A stretch of DNA of 60,361 bases, from positions 1 to 60,361 of the forward strand of contig JBFLGF010000174.1 of NCBI GenBank assembly GCA_050230475.1, read 5' to 3'. The position numbers and the translations under genes were made by a program. Origin of the DNA: Ancylonema sp. Taxonomy: Eukaryota. Within the stretch, counting starts at the first letter, position 1, and each line of letters starts with the position of its first letter. Of this stretch, positions 1 to 13,422 are shown piece by piece. Under the pieces are notes generated by a model, which was not told the origin of the DNA, made no database searches, and saw nothing but the letters and a program-made list of their open reading frames with translations.

Positions 1-459
1 AGGTGATGCTGAACCAGGATGGAGGAGTCCAGGAAGCTATCAGAAGCACCAGAGTCGACCAGCGCAGAGATGGAGATAAGCGGGTGGCCAAGAACGAGGA
101 GATGCACCATTAAGACAAGGTGACAAGGGGAGGGGTGGGGGAAAGGGGGGGGTAGGGGAGTGGTGCCACCCAGCCAGGCTCCTATTGGCTGGGAGGGTTG
201 GTTTTTGGCTGGATGGGGAGGGCAGGGGGAGCCGGGGGGTTGGAGAAGGAGGTCCGGGGATCGGGGAAGCCCGGATAGGTGCCCCTGGCCTGCCTAGCTC
301 TGGCCGCGCCCGGACAAGTGGCCAAATCATGACCTGGTTGCGCGCAGTAGGCGCACAAGCGACCAACGGCGACGCTCTTCGAGGGTGAGCGAGCCTCGGA
401 AACCTCGGGACCCATCCAGATCCATAGGGGTAGGAAGGGAGGAGGGAGGGGGGGGACGT
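1..459 (-). mobile_element. Ty3/gypsy retrotransposon fragment: Gag C-terminus (zinc knuckle) and aspartic protease; continues off the window start
   Basis: Minus strand reads PMDLDGSRGFRGSLTLEERRR, then (frameshift) LCAYCAQPGHDLATC (CX2CX4HX4C), then the protease motif ALVDSGASDSFLD at about 25-65. Cut at 460 by a copia LTR. Confidence 0.85.
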
Positions 460-1035
460 TGTGATGCGACATACTGGTGTATGAAACAACTCAACTCAAC
501 ACAGCATAATCACATGCTAAAACTCATTCGCATTATCATTCAATTATCATTCACTCTTAACGAAAACCCATTTGACAAAACTTCTTTCACGAAGGTAGTA
601 AAATCAATACCGGAGAAGAAATGTACCTATAGTAGTTCGGTAAGCAAACTAGCCAAAAGTCTGACCTTGGGCACGTTGCCAAGTTCAAAGCACATTCAAA
701 TGACTCACGACCCTAGATACATCGAACGATCAATCGAAAACCGGTCACACCCAATCTTCACGAAAACGCATGCGCGCTCCAAGTCCACGCCGTCGACACG
801 TTGTCACCGACACTAAATTTACCGATACAAACTAACGAACCGTTTCGAACTAAAAATACACGCGTCACAAAACTACACTCCCGTCGATATAAGCACTTCA
901 TGTCATAGACACCAAAAACCAAACAAAACTCAACACAACAAACACGCCAATTCGTTCGGTAACCTTAAATGGCAACTTTGGCAACTAAAACTATTGTCTT
1001 TAATAATATACAAATATGTTGCAGAATACCTCACA
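460..1035 (-). repeat. 3' LTR of copia A
   Basis: Starts TGTGATGCGACATA and ends CCTCACA; aligns by eye with 5363-5953; followed by ATCCCCCTCCC (the PPT on the minus strand). Confidence 0.9.
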
Positions 1036-4000
1036 ATCCCCCTCCCTGCAACATCAATTCGACTAAAGGAAATAATTCTAGCCACTTCCCACCATGCCAA
1101 TCAACCCCTTGCACATCTTTAAAACCACACCGACATCGACATTCTTTGTCCATCATGTCAGCTGCATTGAGACCCGTATCAACTTTGCACAACTCAAGGA
1201 GACCACCCTCCTCGACCCTATCACGAAGAGAATGATATTTGATGCGAATATGCTTTGACCGCTGATGGAAGACCGGATTTCATCGCCAACTTCTTCTTGA
1301 GGGAAGACTCATTGTCACCAAGCAACAAAACACTCGTTTTCCCAATGCACATCTCTCCTCCCTGGAGCTGCTGTAAGTACACAGCCTCATTCCCCGCCTC
1401 ACTCAAGCCCACATATTCGCTCCTGCTGTGTGTGACAAGTTTCATCATCGATGATCTCCAGCTGATAGAAGCTCCAGCACTGAGAAACACATAGCCGGTC
1501 CTCCCCCTCGACGTTTCCCTATCTCCAGCATGGCCAGCATCAGAGGATCCCCACACTTCAACTTGTGCACCCCTCCTGTACATCAGGCCATCACCAACTG
1601 TGCCATTGACATACCGAAGCACTCTCTTCACCCCCTCCCAATGTGCTGATCCCGGATTCTGACTGAACTTGCTAAGTTCACTTACAGCTGCAGCTATACT
1701 GTCTGGTGCAAGTTGCAAGGTACTAGACTTCCGAGCAGACTGTACGGAACATCGACCATCTCAGCTCTCTCTGCACGGTGACTGGCTGCTGAGTGTTGTC
1801 CAAGTGGCACGAGATCAAGAGGCGTCGACACCGGCTTGCATCCCTCCATGTTGAAACGACTGAACGTCTCGGGCATATCGCTCTTGCACCAGGAAAACAT
1901 CCCCATTTTTCTGCCTTCTGATTTCTATACCCAGCAAGACTTCGCCTCCCCCAAGTCCTTCATTTTGAATTCCTCATGCAATCCCCTCTTCACCACCTCT
2001 ATGTTGCTCAGCTTCCTCCCCACAAGGAAAAGATCATCGACATACAAAGCAATGTGAACTGCATCTTCCCCCTCCCCCTTTACGTAGATTCCGAAATCTG
2101 ATTTCAGCCTCCAGCCAAGCTGCTGGACTGTGTGTAAATGTTCGACGAGGAGACTGCTTAACTCCATACAGGCACTTTAGCAGCCTCATCACTTTCCTCT
2201 CATCCCCCTTCTGAACCTCCGGCTGCTCCATGTAACCTCCTCCAATGGTGATAGAGAAACGCTGTAGTGACATCCATTTGGTGCATCTCCATGCTCTTCG
2301 CCGTACCTAGTGCCACCATTTGGCGAATGCTCTCAAACCTAACAGTTGGACTGAAGGTCTGGTCATAGTCTACACCTTCCACCTGACTAAAACCTTTAGC
2401 CACTACCGCCTTGTACTTCTCGATTTTTCCCCCTTTTCATTTGTTTTGACCCTCAGCACCCACTTCGATCACCACTTTTTTTTCCTGCTGGTCTGTCCAC
2501 TATCTCGTACACCCCATTTTCCCGAAGGCTTTGCATTTCGCTTCCATGGCCTTCTGCCACTTCTCCCCATGCACCTTCGAGTGCCTCCTGCACTTGGGAC
2601 TTTGATTTCCTCCTCCGCTGCTGATGCAAGATACAATGAACCTTAAGGGAGGCACACCCTCTCTCTGTTGCTGTCATTCAGTGCATCATCGACATACCAC
2701 CCTCACAGGAGTGACCGGTGCATCATCCGCTGGCCATTCATCATCATCCCCACCACCTGCACCATCGCCCTCATCCTCATCATCACTGCCAACCAGCGGC
2801 AACTGTGTTCCACCTCCTGTGGCACCTCCTCCACCTAACAGCCACTGTGCATTGTCCGACTTAAGATCTGGGAAAAGAATAACTTCGTTCTCTTCATCCC
2901 CCCCCTGTGAAGTGTCCTTTCTCCACCAGCCAGGCTGAACGTCCCGTCCCTCGTCCACGTGCGGCACACCCACGTTGAAAACTTTCCCCTTGATTGGGTC
3001 CCACACCAGATAACCGACACTTCCGGACGGATACCCGACAATTACCCCCTCCCACTTTGTCACCCCCCATTTTTCCTTTTCGCTTAAACTTCTCCAAGGA
3101 CACAGAGGCCTTGCTGCCATAAGATCGCAGATGTTTTACTGTCGGCACTTTCCCTGTCCACAGCTCATCAGGTTTTTTGCTGAACCCGGCGACCGGCCTC
3201 TGTTTTTGATGTAGGAGGCGGTAGGGATCGCCTCCACCCAGAAACCCCCTCCTAATCCTGCTCCCACCAGCATAGACCTGGCTCTAATTTGTAACGTCCC
3301 TGTTCATCCTCTCCGCCACCCCATTACTTTGGGGCGACCCGAGCTGGAATCGTTTGGTGTTGTTTTATTCCATGCTCTTTTAACCATGTCTCCAGAGTCG
3401 CGTCGACATACTCCCCTCCATTGTCGGATCTCTTCGCTTTCACTTTCCCCCCCACCTCGTTCTCATGAACCGCTATCCACTCCGCTACCTTGGTATCGCT
3501 ATTTTTTTTCTCAGTGCGACTGTCCATGACTTTCTGCTGAAATCATCTATGATGACTAAATTGTACTGACCTCCACCCTCTATGGCCTTCGGACTGTACG
3601 GACCAGCGATGTCCGTAGGATCAGCTCCAAAGGCTCCTTGGCTCTGTATTCGGGGTCCTTTCCGGATGAGCCTTTTCACTCGACCTTCCCATTTTACATC
3701 CGCGACACATGCGGAAATCCCCTGTTATGCCCTCCTCCAATCCCCTCACTAATTGCTCCCGCACTAGTCTCTCCATCCCACCTTGTGAGGTGTGCCCAAG
3801 TCTCTTATGCAGCAGTTCCATACTAATTCCTTTTCCCCCAAGCACCTCACCCTCCATTCTCTCCACTCCATTAAGCCTGTCACAAACAAGAGTAGGCCTC
3901 GCTTGAAGTGTTTCTCTCATTGTTGCAATCTGTTGTCCTGCCCTGTTGTAGATTGGGATGACCTTTCCAGGCTGAGGCTCCCCCTCGAAAGTGTAGCTAC

Positions 4001-5362
4001 ATGCTCCTTTTCTTCTAATGCGTTGGAGGGAGAAGATATAGAAGATATTAACTCGCATCCCCGGCATGTAGAGGACCTCGTGTCTATCTCCCCTTTTTTA
4101 TCATCGGCCTTTTGAGTTGCAAGCCGCACTACACCCCATTTGAGCACGGCCACTTTTCCCTTGATTTGTTTTACATGGAAGTCTGAAGGAATGTCTTCAA
4201 GGAAATCGAAGAGGGTGATGTCTCCGGTCATATGGTAATCTGCACCACTGTCAAAACCATTCTTTTCCTTCCCCATCTCCATCTCCATCTCCCATGTTGA
4301 CTTTCCCCACTAGCACTTCTGCATGACCTTGGTCCTCCGTCCCCTCCCCATATTTCCCATGACCCCCTTGACCCCTTCCGGCACTCCCGGCACCACGACC
4401 CCTTGCACCTGAACCACTTGTTTTCTCCCCCCTTGCCGCTCCATTCAATTTACCTATAGCAAGTCTGTTCGATGTTTCCGACACCCCCACACCACGTACA
4501 CACACTGTCCTTTTTAGGACATTCTCTACTCCAGTGATCTGGTTCCCCACACCTGAAACAATTCTCGCTTCTACTCTCTCCCCCCCGACCCGCTCCCCGA
4601 TTTCCAAGACTCCCCCTACTCCTTCCTCTAAATGACCCCCCCCCACGTCCTCTTCCTTGGTAATAGACTTCAGCACTTTGTCCAGCAGCTCCACTTTGAG
4701 TAGTCCTCCTCTTTTCTATTGACTCTATATCGAGCATACGATCCCACACGTAATCTATTCCGGGTGCCACGGGTTGTGGTAGTAAGATTATCTAAGAATA
4801 TCGTATTTTTCCGGAAGAGAAGTCAGAAGTGTGTCTAACTTATCATCTTCACTCATCACACCTCCTTGGACGATTATCTTCCTGATCAGCTCGTTGTACC
4901 TCAGTTTGGTTTCGAGGTAAGACTCCTCCTCTGCGATTGCGAAGTTCAGAAACGCTTTTCTTGCGTCAGATTTTTGTGCCGGAGTCACGGTGTTATAGTC
5001 CCCTTCAAGTTGAATCCACATGAGAACTCGATCACGCCCATACACGTCCAAACTCATTACTATACTGTCGTCGATTGTTTGTGTTATGAGCGACGCGGCC
5101 TTCTTTGAACGCTTTAGGAAGTCTTTGATCTCGGCCAACTTGATATCTACTTCAACTTTGTTTTCAGGCGCGTCGTTCGCATCATTCACAGATTGCAATC
5201 TCGTCTGGCCCCAACTTTGTGCCATTGACTATCTCCCAACAGATCTTCAACATCAAGAAGTGACGTGATCTTTGCTCTCCATGGTCCATAAGAGGCAACG
5301 TCTTTCAGCACTATCTTTTGACATGAAGTCTCCAGATCCTGAGCCAGATGCTCTGATACTAC

Positions 5363-5953
5363 TGTGATGCGACATAATAGTGTCTGAAACAAAACTCAGA
5401 TTACTGAATGATCATCAATATAACTTAGATAGCAATGTTAGCCAAACACATTCTCATTGAACACATACTCATACTCATTTGCGCTACACATTAGACAAAG
5501 CTTCTTTCACATAAAGCAAGTAAAATCAATACCGTAGAAGGGTTGTCACTATAGTAGTTCGGTAAGCGGATCTGAGTCTATTCGCCAAAAGTCATACCTT
5601 GCATAGTTTTTCAAGTTCAAGGCACACTCAGACGGTTCATGACCCTAGATACATCGAACGATCAATCTAAAACCGCGAACACACAATCTACACGAAATAT
5701 AACGAGCGCTCCGAGTTAGTCTCCATGTCAAGGCCACGTTGTCACCGACACTGAATTTACCGATACAAACTAACGAACCATTTCGAACTAAAAATACACG
5801 CGTCACGAAACTACACACCGACGATATAAGCACTTCATGTCATAGACACCAAAAACCAAACAAAACTCAACACAACAAAACACGCCAATCGTTCGGTAAC
5901 CTTAAATGGCAACTTTGGCCCTAAACTATTGTCTTTAATAATAATACCTCACA
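5363..5953 (-). repeat. 5' LTR of copia A
   Basis: TGTGATGCGACATA...CCTCACA, adjacent to the Met PBS. Confidence 0.9.
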
Positions 5954-8900
5954 ACAACATCCAGCAACTTACTCCCAGCGTGCCTTTGTCATTCTGCTGC
6001 GGAAGAAAAGCGATGCAGCAGAGGAGCTGATGAAGTGGATACCTCAGGTGGAGCTGCAGACCGGGAAGCAGCTCAAGAAGCTGCGTTCACACAACGGGGA
6101 CGAGTTCTTCTCAGGGACGTTCAGCGACTGGCTTGGCCTACGTGGAGTGGTGCAGCAGAGCACCCCCAGCTAACGGGATTGCGGATCGCATGAACAAGAC
6201 CCTGCAGGACAAGGCCCGAACTATGATGTTGGAGTCAGTCACTCCTCTCCAGATGTGGACCGGGGAGAAGCCGTTTGTGGAGCACTTGAGGGTGATGGGC
6301 TGCAGGACGTTTTGCCCGCTCGACAAAAGGGAGCAGATCGGCAAGTACGGGGCGAGAGCATGGATGGGACCCCTGGTGGGGTACTCAGTCAACACCCCCG
6401 GCTACCCCGGCTACAGGGGATGGGACCCTGAGACACATAAGGTGTGGGGACCAGACTTCGACGAGCTTGTCGCAGGCGGATGGTGGAAGAAGCCTACTGC
6501 AACTGACAAGCCGAAGTGGGAAGATGACGCACCCCTCAACTTCATGGAGGGTCTGGACCTCGAGGAGGCACCACCCGGTGATGATGGAGCAGATGATGGT
6601 GGGGTTGTTCCAGCAGGTGGTGGTGATGTTGCTGCTCAAGGTGGTGGCAGCCCTGGTGGAGGAAGCCCAGGGAGTGGAAGTTCGGGAGATGGAGGGCCAC
6701 TTTCGGACGTCGAAGAAGAAGAATACATTCCACAGATAGAGGGTGTTGCTGCACCCAGGATGAGTGGGAGAGAGAGGAGGGGAGTTCCTCCGCTGCGCCT
6801 GATTGAGATTATGGCTGCAGCAGCTGATGGCAATGATGGTGGAGCACCAGCCACTTATGAGGAGGCTCTCCATGGGCCAGAGAGCGAGGGGTGGAAGAAG
6901 GCTTTCGCTGCGGAAGTCAAGTCCCTCGACGACAACATGGTATATGCCGTCGTCGACAGGCCACTTGGGAAGAAAGTGGTGAGGGCCAAATGGGTGCTGC
7001 GAAGAAAGTTGCTGCCAAGTGGGGAGCTGGATAAGCTTAAGGCGAGATTCGTTGCCAAAGGCTTTACTCAGCGAGAAGGGATAGATTATGAGGAGACCTT
7101 CTCCCCCACAGTCCGTTTCGAGTCGGTGCGACTCATGGTGGCCGCAGCTGCAGCAGTGGACTTCATACCCATCAGATGGACGTAGACAACGGCTTTTCTC
7201 TACGCATCCCTCTGAGGAGGTTTACATGGAACTACTATGGAGGGGATGAAGGGATATGGGGTCCCAGGGAAGGTGGCCAGCCTACAGAAGGTCATCTACG
7301 GGTTGAAGCAGGCGAGTCGCATGTGTGGGGAACTTACACATCGACAACATCCTCAAGGACATGGGGTTCTCTCGAGGCTGTCTGCTGACCATGGCGTCTA
7401 CTACACAAGTGGGATGGAGCAAACCGAGTCTGGCTGGGGCACTCTACGTCGACACGACATCTTCCTAACACCGGGAAGAATCTCTCCAACATCGAGGAAG
7501 TCAAGAGGACCCTAGGAACCGACATGAAAGTGAAGGATCTCGGGATTGCACAATACCTCTTAGGGATCGAGTTGCGCAGGCGACAGATGGGCATGGAGGA
7601 TGGGGACATCTTCATGGTCCAAGAGAAGTATGTGATGGACATTCTGCGCAAGTTCAACATGGTGGGCTGCAAGGCACCAGCACCCCCTTGGAGCCAGGTG
7701 TGAAGCTGTCGGTGATCGACAGCCCCGGTGATGACCTGAAGGCGAAGATGGAGGCATACCCCTATCGACAAGTCATCGAGAAGCTCATGTACTTGGCGGT
7801 GTGCACTCGACCCGACCTCAGCCAGGCAGTCAGCGAGCTGAGTCGCTTCAATGCGAACCCGGGGATTAAGCATTGGGAGAGTGCTCTTCGGGTGCTTCGT
7901 TCGATACTTGAGCGGGACAGCAGGCAGGCATGGGGCTGCTGTACATGAGGGGAGCTTCCACTGACTTGTGTGGGTGGTTATGTGGACGCATCTCATACGA
8001 GCTGCCCGGATACCGGGAAGGGGAGAGCGGCTTACGTTTTCATGTCAGGTGGGGCACCTGTCTCATGGGCCAGCAAGAGAGTGGGTAGTGACTCTCTTAG
8101 TTCGTGCGAGACCGAGTACATGGGACTCACCTTGGGAGCTCAGGAGGCGAGCTACCTTAGTGATCTGAAGGGTGAGAGGTATTCGAGTGGTGGAGTTGCA
8201 CAGGGGAAGTGCATCGCCATGATGACTGACAGTCAGTCTGCCAAGTCGCTGGCGGAGAACCCGGTGTACCATGGTAGGAGCAAACACATCCGAGCCAAGT
8301 GGCACTTTATTCGGAGGCGAGTGGAGATGGGGATGGTGAGGCTGATCGATGTTAGGACTGAGCTCATGGGAGCAGACATGATGACAAAATCGGTGGGACC
8401 GAATGTGCTTAGGGTTAACATGAAATTGATTGGAATGAGCAAATGTGGCTAAATGCTTAGTTGTGTAGTGATTGGGCAGATCAGATTAAGAGGGTGTGTT
8501 AGAATCCGGTTATCCGGTTGTAATCTGAATATGCTTTAATTCCAGCCGTGTTTAAGACGGTTAATGTGATGGGAAGTTGATTCGTCATTTTGTTTCGTTT
8601 GCATGTGTTGAATTCGCGCGCGTGCGCGCTTGTCATAGTTTCACGTGAATTGTGTGTACGGAATATGCATAGTGTCGGCTGATATGAACGCATTGGTACC
8701 GTAGGTTGATAAACGGTTTTTAGTGTTCGCCAAGCATCCGGCACTCCTCGAGTCATGTAGGCAAAACATTGTTGCCATAATCAATTCTCTTGCATATTTG
8801 GCTTAAGGCTGTGCGTGTCCTTCTCATCATCGTATGAGTTGTGCATAGTCTATGCAGGATTGTGAATGTGAATTGCACTCAATGTGATTATTGTTTGCTT

Positions 8901-8972
8901 TAACGCAAGTGCGTTCCTAACTTGCGTGATTAGAGAAAATCCTGATTGTTGTTCCGGACCAGTATGGCGGAC
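5954..8972 (+). mobile_element. Ty1/copia B, 5'-truncated: integrase, RT, RNase H and a 3' LTR starting at 8497 (end eroded)
   Basis: KLRSHNGDEF, NGIADRMNKTL, KARFVAKGFTQREGIDYEETFSP, YGLKQ, CTRPDL, YVDAS, RSKHIRAKWHFIR, ADMMTK; PPT AAGAGGG then LTR TGTTAGAATCCGG at 8497, similar to the reverse complement of 13760-14261. Confidence 0.9.
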
Positions 8973-8974
8973 TT

Positions 8975-10110
8975 TAGGTAAAACTCGTTGAACCTCTGTT
9001 TAATCTCCAAGTAAGACTCGTCCTCCGTGACCCTGAAAGCTTGGAAATCTTGTATTGCGAGTGACTGCTAAGCTGGCTTAACAGTGTTGTAGTCAGTTGA
9101 AAGTGCATCCCATATCAGCATTGGGTCCTTGCCAGGAACACATCAAGTCTGTACAATCCCATCGTCAACAGACTGAGTTATCAGAGAGGCAACCTTTTTG
9201 AACCTTTTCTTCCAGTCCTTTATCTCATCTCGACGTGTTGCGACGTGTTGCGATGGCTATCACATCTGCTGCAGTTTGTGGATTTTCAAGTGCTGCACCC
9301 TCCTCATCGAATTGCAGGACCCACGCGAGATCAAGTGGTTTGAATTCTGTACCCTGAACTATCTCCCAACAGTCGTCTGCATCTAGAATCGTCTCCATCT
9401 TAACTTTCCATGCTCCGTATCCTGTTGCAGGTTTGCGACTATATTCCCCGCGATCAGATTCTCTGGCTCTGATACCACTGTGAGACACCATACTGACGTC
9501 AAGCTCAACTCAATACACAACACTTAAACTCAGCATATGAATATGCTTAACTCATTCGACAAACACTGTGAGATTTGCGACAACCCATTTTGACGATATC
9601 TCCTTTCAAGGAAGTAAGTGAAAAACAACACCGTAGAAGAAATCGTACCTAGACCCATTGTGTGAGAGATTCTCGGGTCATTTGCCAACAGTCAGACCTT
9701 GCTACGCCTTCAAGTCTAAATTAGATTCAAATGACTATTGACCCTAGATTCACTGAATGAATAATCTAACTCGTCGAATATCGAATTAATTACTATGATT
9801 GAATCAGCGCGCGCCAAGCACGACACGACACGCCGCCACTGACACATTTAACTGACACACGTTGACACGAAAAACACCGATACAATTATTCAAAGCAAAA
9901 TAAATAATACGTAAACTAAACGACACGTGTTACTAAAAACAAATTAATCCTAACAAACGTCACTTCTTTCATGTCATAGACACGGAACCAAACAAATCAG
10001 AAACCACAACCAAAAACAAACCCGTAAAATATCCGCGCGCGATTACGGCAACTTTGGCCCAACCTAATAATTCTTCACTAATATACAACTATGTTGCTGA
10101 ATTTCCCACA
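8975..10110 (-). mobile_element. Ty1/copia C fragment: 5' LTR (9479-10110), Met PBS and Gag N-terminus
   Basis: Perfect PBS TGGTATCAGAGC (9466-9477, minus); LTR TGTGAG...CCCACA; Gag YGAWKVKMETILDADDCWEIV. Confidence 0.88.
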
Positions 10111-12528
10111 ATATCCGTGTGAACTAACTCAAGAGGTTCTGTTGCCCGATACTCCTGAGTTTGTCGTGGATGTGATTTTTCGCTGGACTTCCCCAACTTG
10201 CACCCTCGACGCAGTCCAAAGTCCCCTTTTAGCCCCTCCTCCAGACCCCTGACCAACTGCTCGCGCACCAACCTCTCCATTCCCCCCTGAGAAGTGTGTC
10301 CAAGCCTTTTGTGAAGCAACTCCATGCTAATCCCTTTCCCCCCAAGTACCTCTCCTTCCATCTCCTCATGTTCATTGAGTCCTTTGCAAACTAAAGTAGG
10401 CCTGCCTTTAGTTACTCTCGCATCGTTGCTATCTGCTCCCCCTCTCTGTTTAGAATAGGAATTTCCTTCCCAGGCTGTGGCTCCCCCTCGAATGTGTAGC
10501 TGCAAGCACCTTTGTCCCGAATTCGTTGGAGTGAGAAGATGTTCACCCTCATCCCTGGCAAGAAAAGCACCTCGTGCAATTCAAGAACACCTTTTCACTC
10601 CATTTCCCTTGTCGGTAGTCAGGCGCACCACTCCCCATTTTGTTATAACCACTGTCCCCTTAATCTGTTTAACATGGAAAGTGGATGGAATATCGACAAG
10701 GAAATCAAAGAGACTGATGTCACCGGACATGTGGTAATCTGCTCCACTGTCGCAAACCCACTCCTTCTCCTCTCCATCACCATCTCCTATCCCCATGTTG
10801 ATCTCCCCTATCAGCACCTCAGCATGTCCCTGTTCCTCCACATCCGTGCTCTCCCCATATCTCCCATGACCACCTTGTCCTCTTCCAGCTGCACCAGCAC
10901 CCCGACCTCTGACCCCCGAAACACCTGATTTACCTCCTCTTGGTGCCCCATTAACCTTGCTGTAACATGTCTTCTCAATTTGTCCTACTCCACCACACCA
11001 CGTACACACGCTGTCCTTTTTAGGGCACTCTCTACTCCAGTGATCTGACTCGCCGCACCTGAAACAATTCTCTGACTTTTCTTCACTCCCCCTACCAGCA
11101 CCTCGACCACCATAATTTCCTCTCCTTCCCCTTCCTCTAAAATTCCCTCGACCCCTTGCTGACTGATAAAGCGCTTCTGCTGCCATCCCAGACGCTCCGG
11201 ACTGTAACGCGCTCTTCTTTCTTGACTCTCAATATCATACAATCCTGTCCCAAATGTACTGAATTCCAGGAGCCGGAGTTTGTGCAAAGTAAGGACTCAA
11301 CGGAGGTGATCAATTTTTTCCGGAAGCGCACCAAAGAAGTGTTTGGAGACGATCCATTGGCCCCGATCATACCGCCTTGTTACGGTCACTTTCCGTAGAA
11401 GCTCGTCATATCTCAGCTTGATAGCAATGTAGGGCCTTCTTCATTGCTGATCACGAACGTAAGGAAGTCTATGCGCGCTGACGAACGCTGAGGGGTGTAA
11501 CCGTGTTTATAATCTCCTCCAAGTTGCGCCCAAATAAGGGTAGGGATTTCCGTGGACATCTAGACTCATCACAATACTATCGTCCATTGTCTGCGTGATC
11601 AAAGATGCTGCCTTTTTCGATCTCCTTCTCCAGTCCTTGATCTCTACGTGTCACTTATCCACCTCCACGACGTTTGCCGGAGTGTTATCGGCATTAAACA
11701 CCTCTGCGATCTCTGCTGGCTCCAACTCTGTGCCCATTTACTATTTCAAGGCAATCTTTTGCATCCAGTATTGCGGTAAGCTTTGTCCCGCCATGGTCCG
11801 TAAGAGGCTGAGTCCTTCAGCACTATCTTATTCATGTACTCTGAGGTCCCTGAGCCAGAGGCTCTGATACCACTTGTGGTGGCCATATTGACGACCACCA
11901 AACACAACTCTTAACTCAACTCTTAAACACAACTCAACTCTTACTCAAATGCGCATCCTTCTATTCTCATACTCATTTTACACATACTCACTTTGCGCAA
12001 CACATAGACAAAGCTTCTTTCATTGAAGAGCAAGTAAAAACAAATCCGGAGAAGAATTGTCACTATATTGGTTCGGGTAAGCGAATCTAGGGTCTGATAG
12101 CCAAAAGTCCGACTTTGGGCACGTAGCCAAGTCCCGGAAAGCACTTCTAAAATGACTAATGACCCTAGATACATCGAACGATCAATCTAAACCCGGTCGT
12201 ACACAATCTTCATAAATACGCACGCGCGCGTCAAACTAGGTCACCACGCCGTCGCCACGTTGTCACTGACACAAAAATCACCGATACAATATTCTAACCG
12301 TACTACAAGTATCCTCGAACCCAAATAACACGCGTCACAATACTACCTATCTTTAATATAAGCACCAAAGTCAATTTTACTCATTTCATAGACACAACAC
12401 TCAAACACAAAACCAAAATGTCACAAAACACGACACAAGTTCCCGTCGATCCAAATAGGCAACTTTGGCCCAACTAATAACTAAGACGCTAATTTAATAT
12501 ACAAACATGTTGCAGCACATATCTCACA
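10111..12528 (-). mobile_element. Ty1/copia D fragment: 5' LTR (11875-12528), PBS, Gag, protease, GAG-pre-integrase; cut at the integrase start
   Basis: PBS 11861-11872; CFRCGESDHWSREC, WVCDSGADYHM, LLHKRLGH, PLELVHTDI, where the copia C LTR interrupts. Same family as copia A. Confidence 0.92.
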
Positions 12529-13422
12529 CAATTTCAAGCGTATAGGTGGAAGGGAGTAGAAGGGTCGTGGGGTCTACTAGGGATTCATAACACTGACTAG
12601 CAGGGCCAGAGAGGAGGCTGCATGCGTATAGGAGTTGAGAGTCAAAATCCGAATAAGTATTCTGGTTGTCTAGGAGGAATTGGGAAAGCTTAATTTTGAA
12701 AGTGCGGAGTTTTGTAGGAACAACTGAGAATGATGGAGGTTGTGGGACATGGAGATTGGGACGAGATGTTGAATGTTGAGAAACGGCACCACTTAAAAAC
12801 TTCAGTTCATTAACCAATTGATTCATGTTGGACTTGAGGGTGTGAATGCGATCTTGTTCCGTTAGAGGTACCGCATTAGCATGTGGCACCTCCGGAGCCT
12901 CAAACTCAGCCATAATGAAAAGACGAGGAAGAAGGGAGGGAGAATGTAGAAAAATGTAGAAAAAACCATTTTTCGGCATTTCCCGAAAAATAGGCTATGT
13001 TTGAGAAAACGGATTTACTTTGTTCTTATCAAAGTGTTACGACTGAAGGAATGAAGTGCGACATAGCGTAGAAACAAACACACACACATGAATGAGATAG
13101 GGAAAAGGGGTAAAATGTGTGAAGTGAATACATGAGTTGATAGGAACAAGAGAAACTACGTCCCTATTACGACTATGTACTAAATGGTATGTGTAAGAAC
13201 GGTAACTAGTTAAGCGAAAGAAGCGAACGACTTGTTACCGGTGATGATTATTGAAACGGGAATAATTGCTAAGCGACGGAACTAACTGAAGAGCTAAGCA
13301 ACTGAACAAATGATCACCCGCACGGTCGGGGGATTAATCGGGTTAAGTATCATATCGGGCGAAGTATCGTACGATCCTCAGTATCGTACGAGTTAGGGAC
13401 ACACACTAGTGTGGTCCTAACA
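12529..13422 (-). mobile_element. Ty3/gypsy 5' part: LTR (13035-13422) and Gag N-terminus
   Basis: LTR TGTTA...TAACA; ORF MAEFEAPE...PQPPSFS...LLYACSLLSGPASQ resembles retrotransposon Gag; same strand as the Gag/protease piece at 1-459; the LTR interrupts the RT/RNase H of copia E. Confidence 0.78.

Larger units (their letters stand above)
460..5953 (-). mobile_element. Ty1/copia LTR retrotransposon A, full length but frameshifted
   Basis: LTRs at 460-1035 and 5363-5953 (TGTGA...TCACA); tRNA-Met PBS (minus strand TAGTATCAGAGC, 5350-5361); polypurine tract next to 1036. Copia domain order: Gag (CFRCGEPDHWSREC), protease (DSGADYHM), GAG-pre-integrase (LLHKRLGH), integrase (IIDDFSR, RSDNGGEY), RT (AKGFSQVEGVDY, LYVDDL), RNase H. 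Confidence 0.95.

Noticed and set aside
385..1235. Plus-strand ORFs over the first LTR
   Set aside because: Chance frames in the A/C-rich LTR strand.
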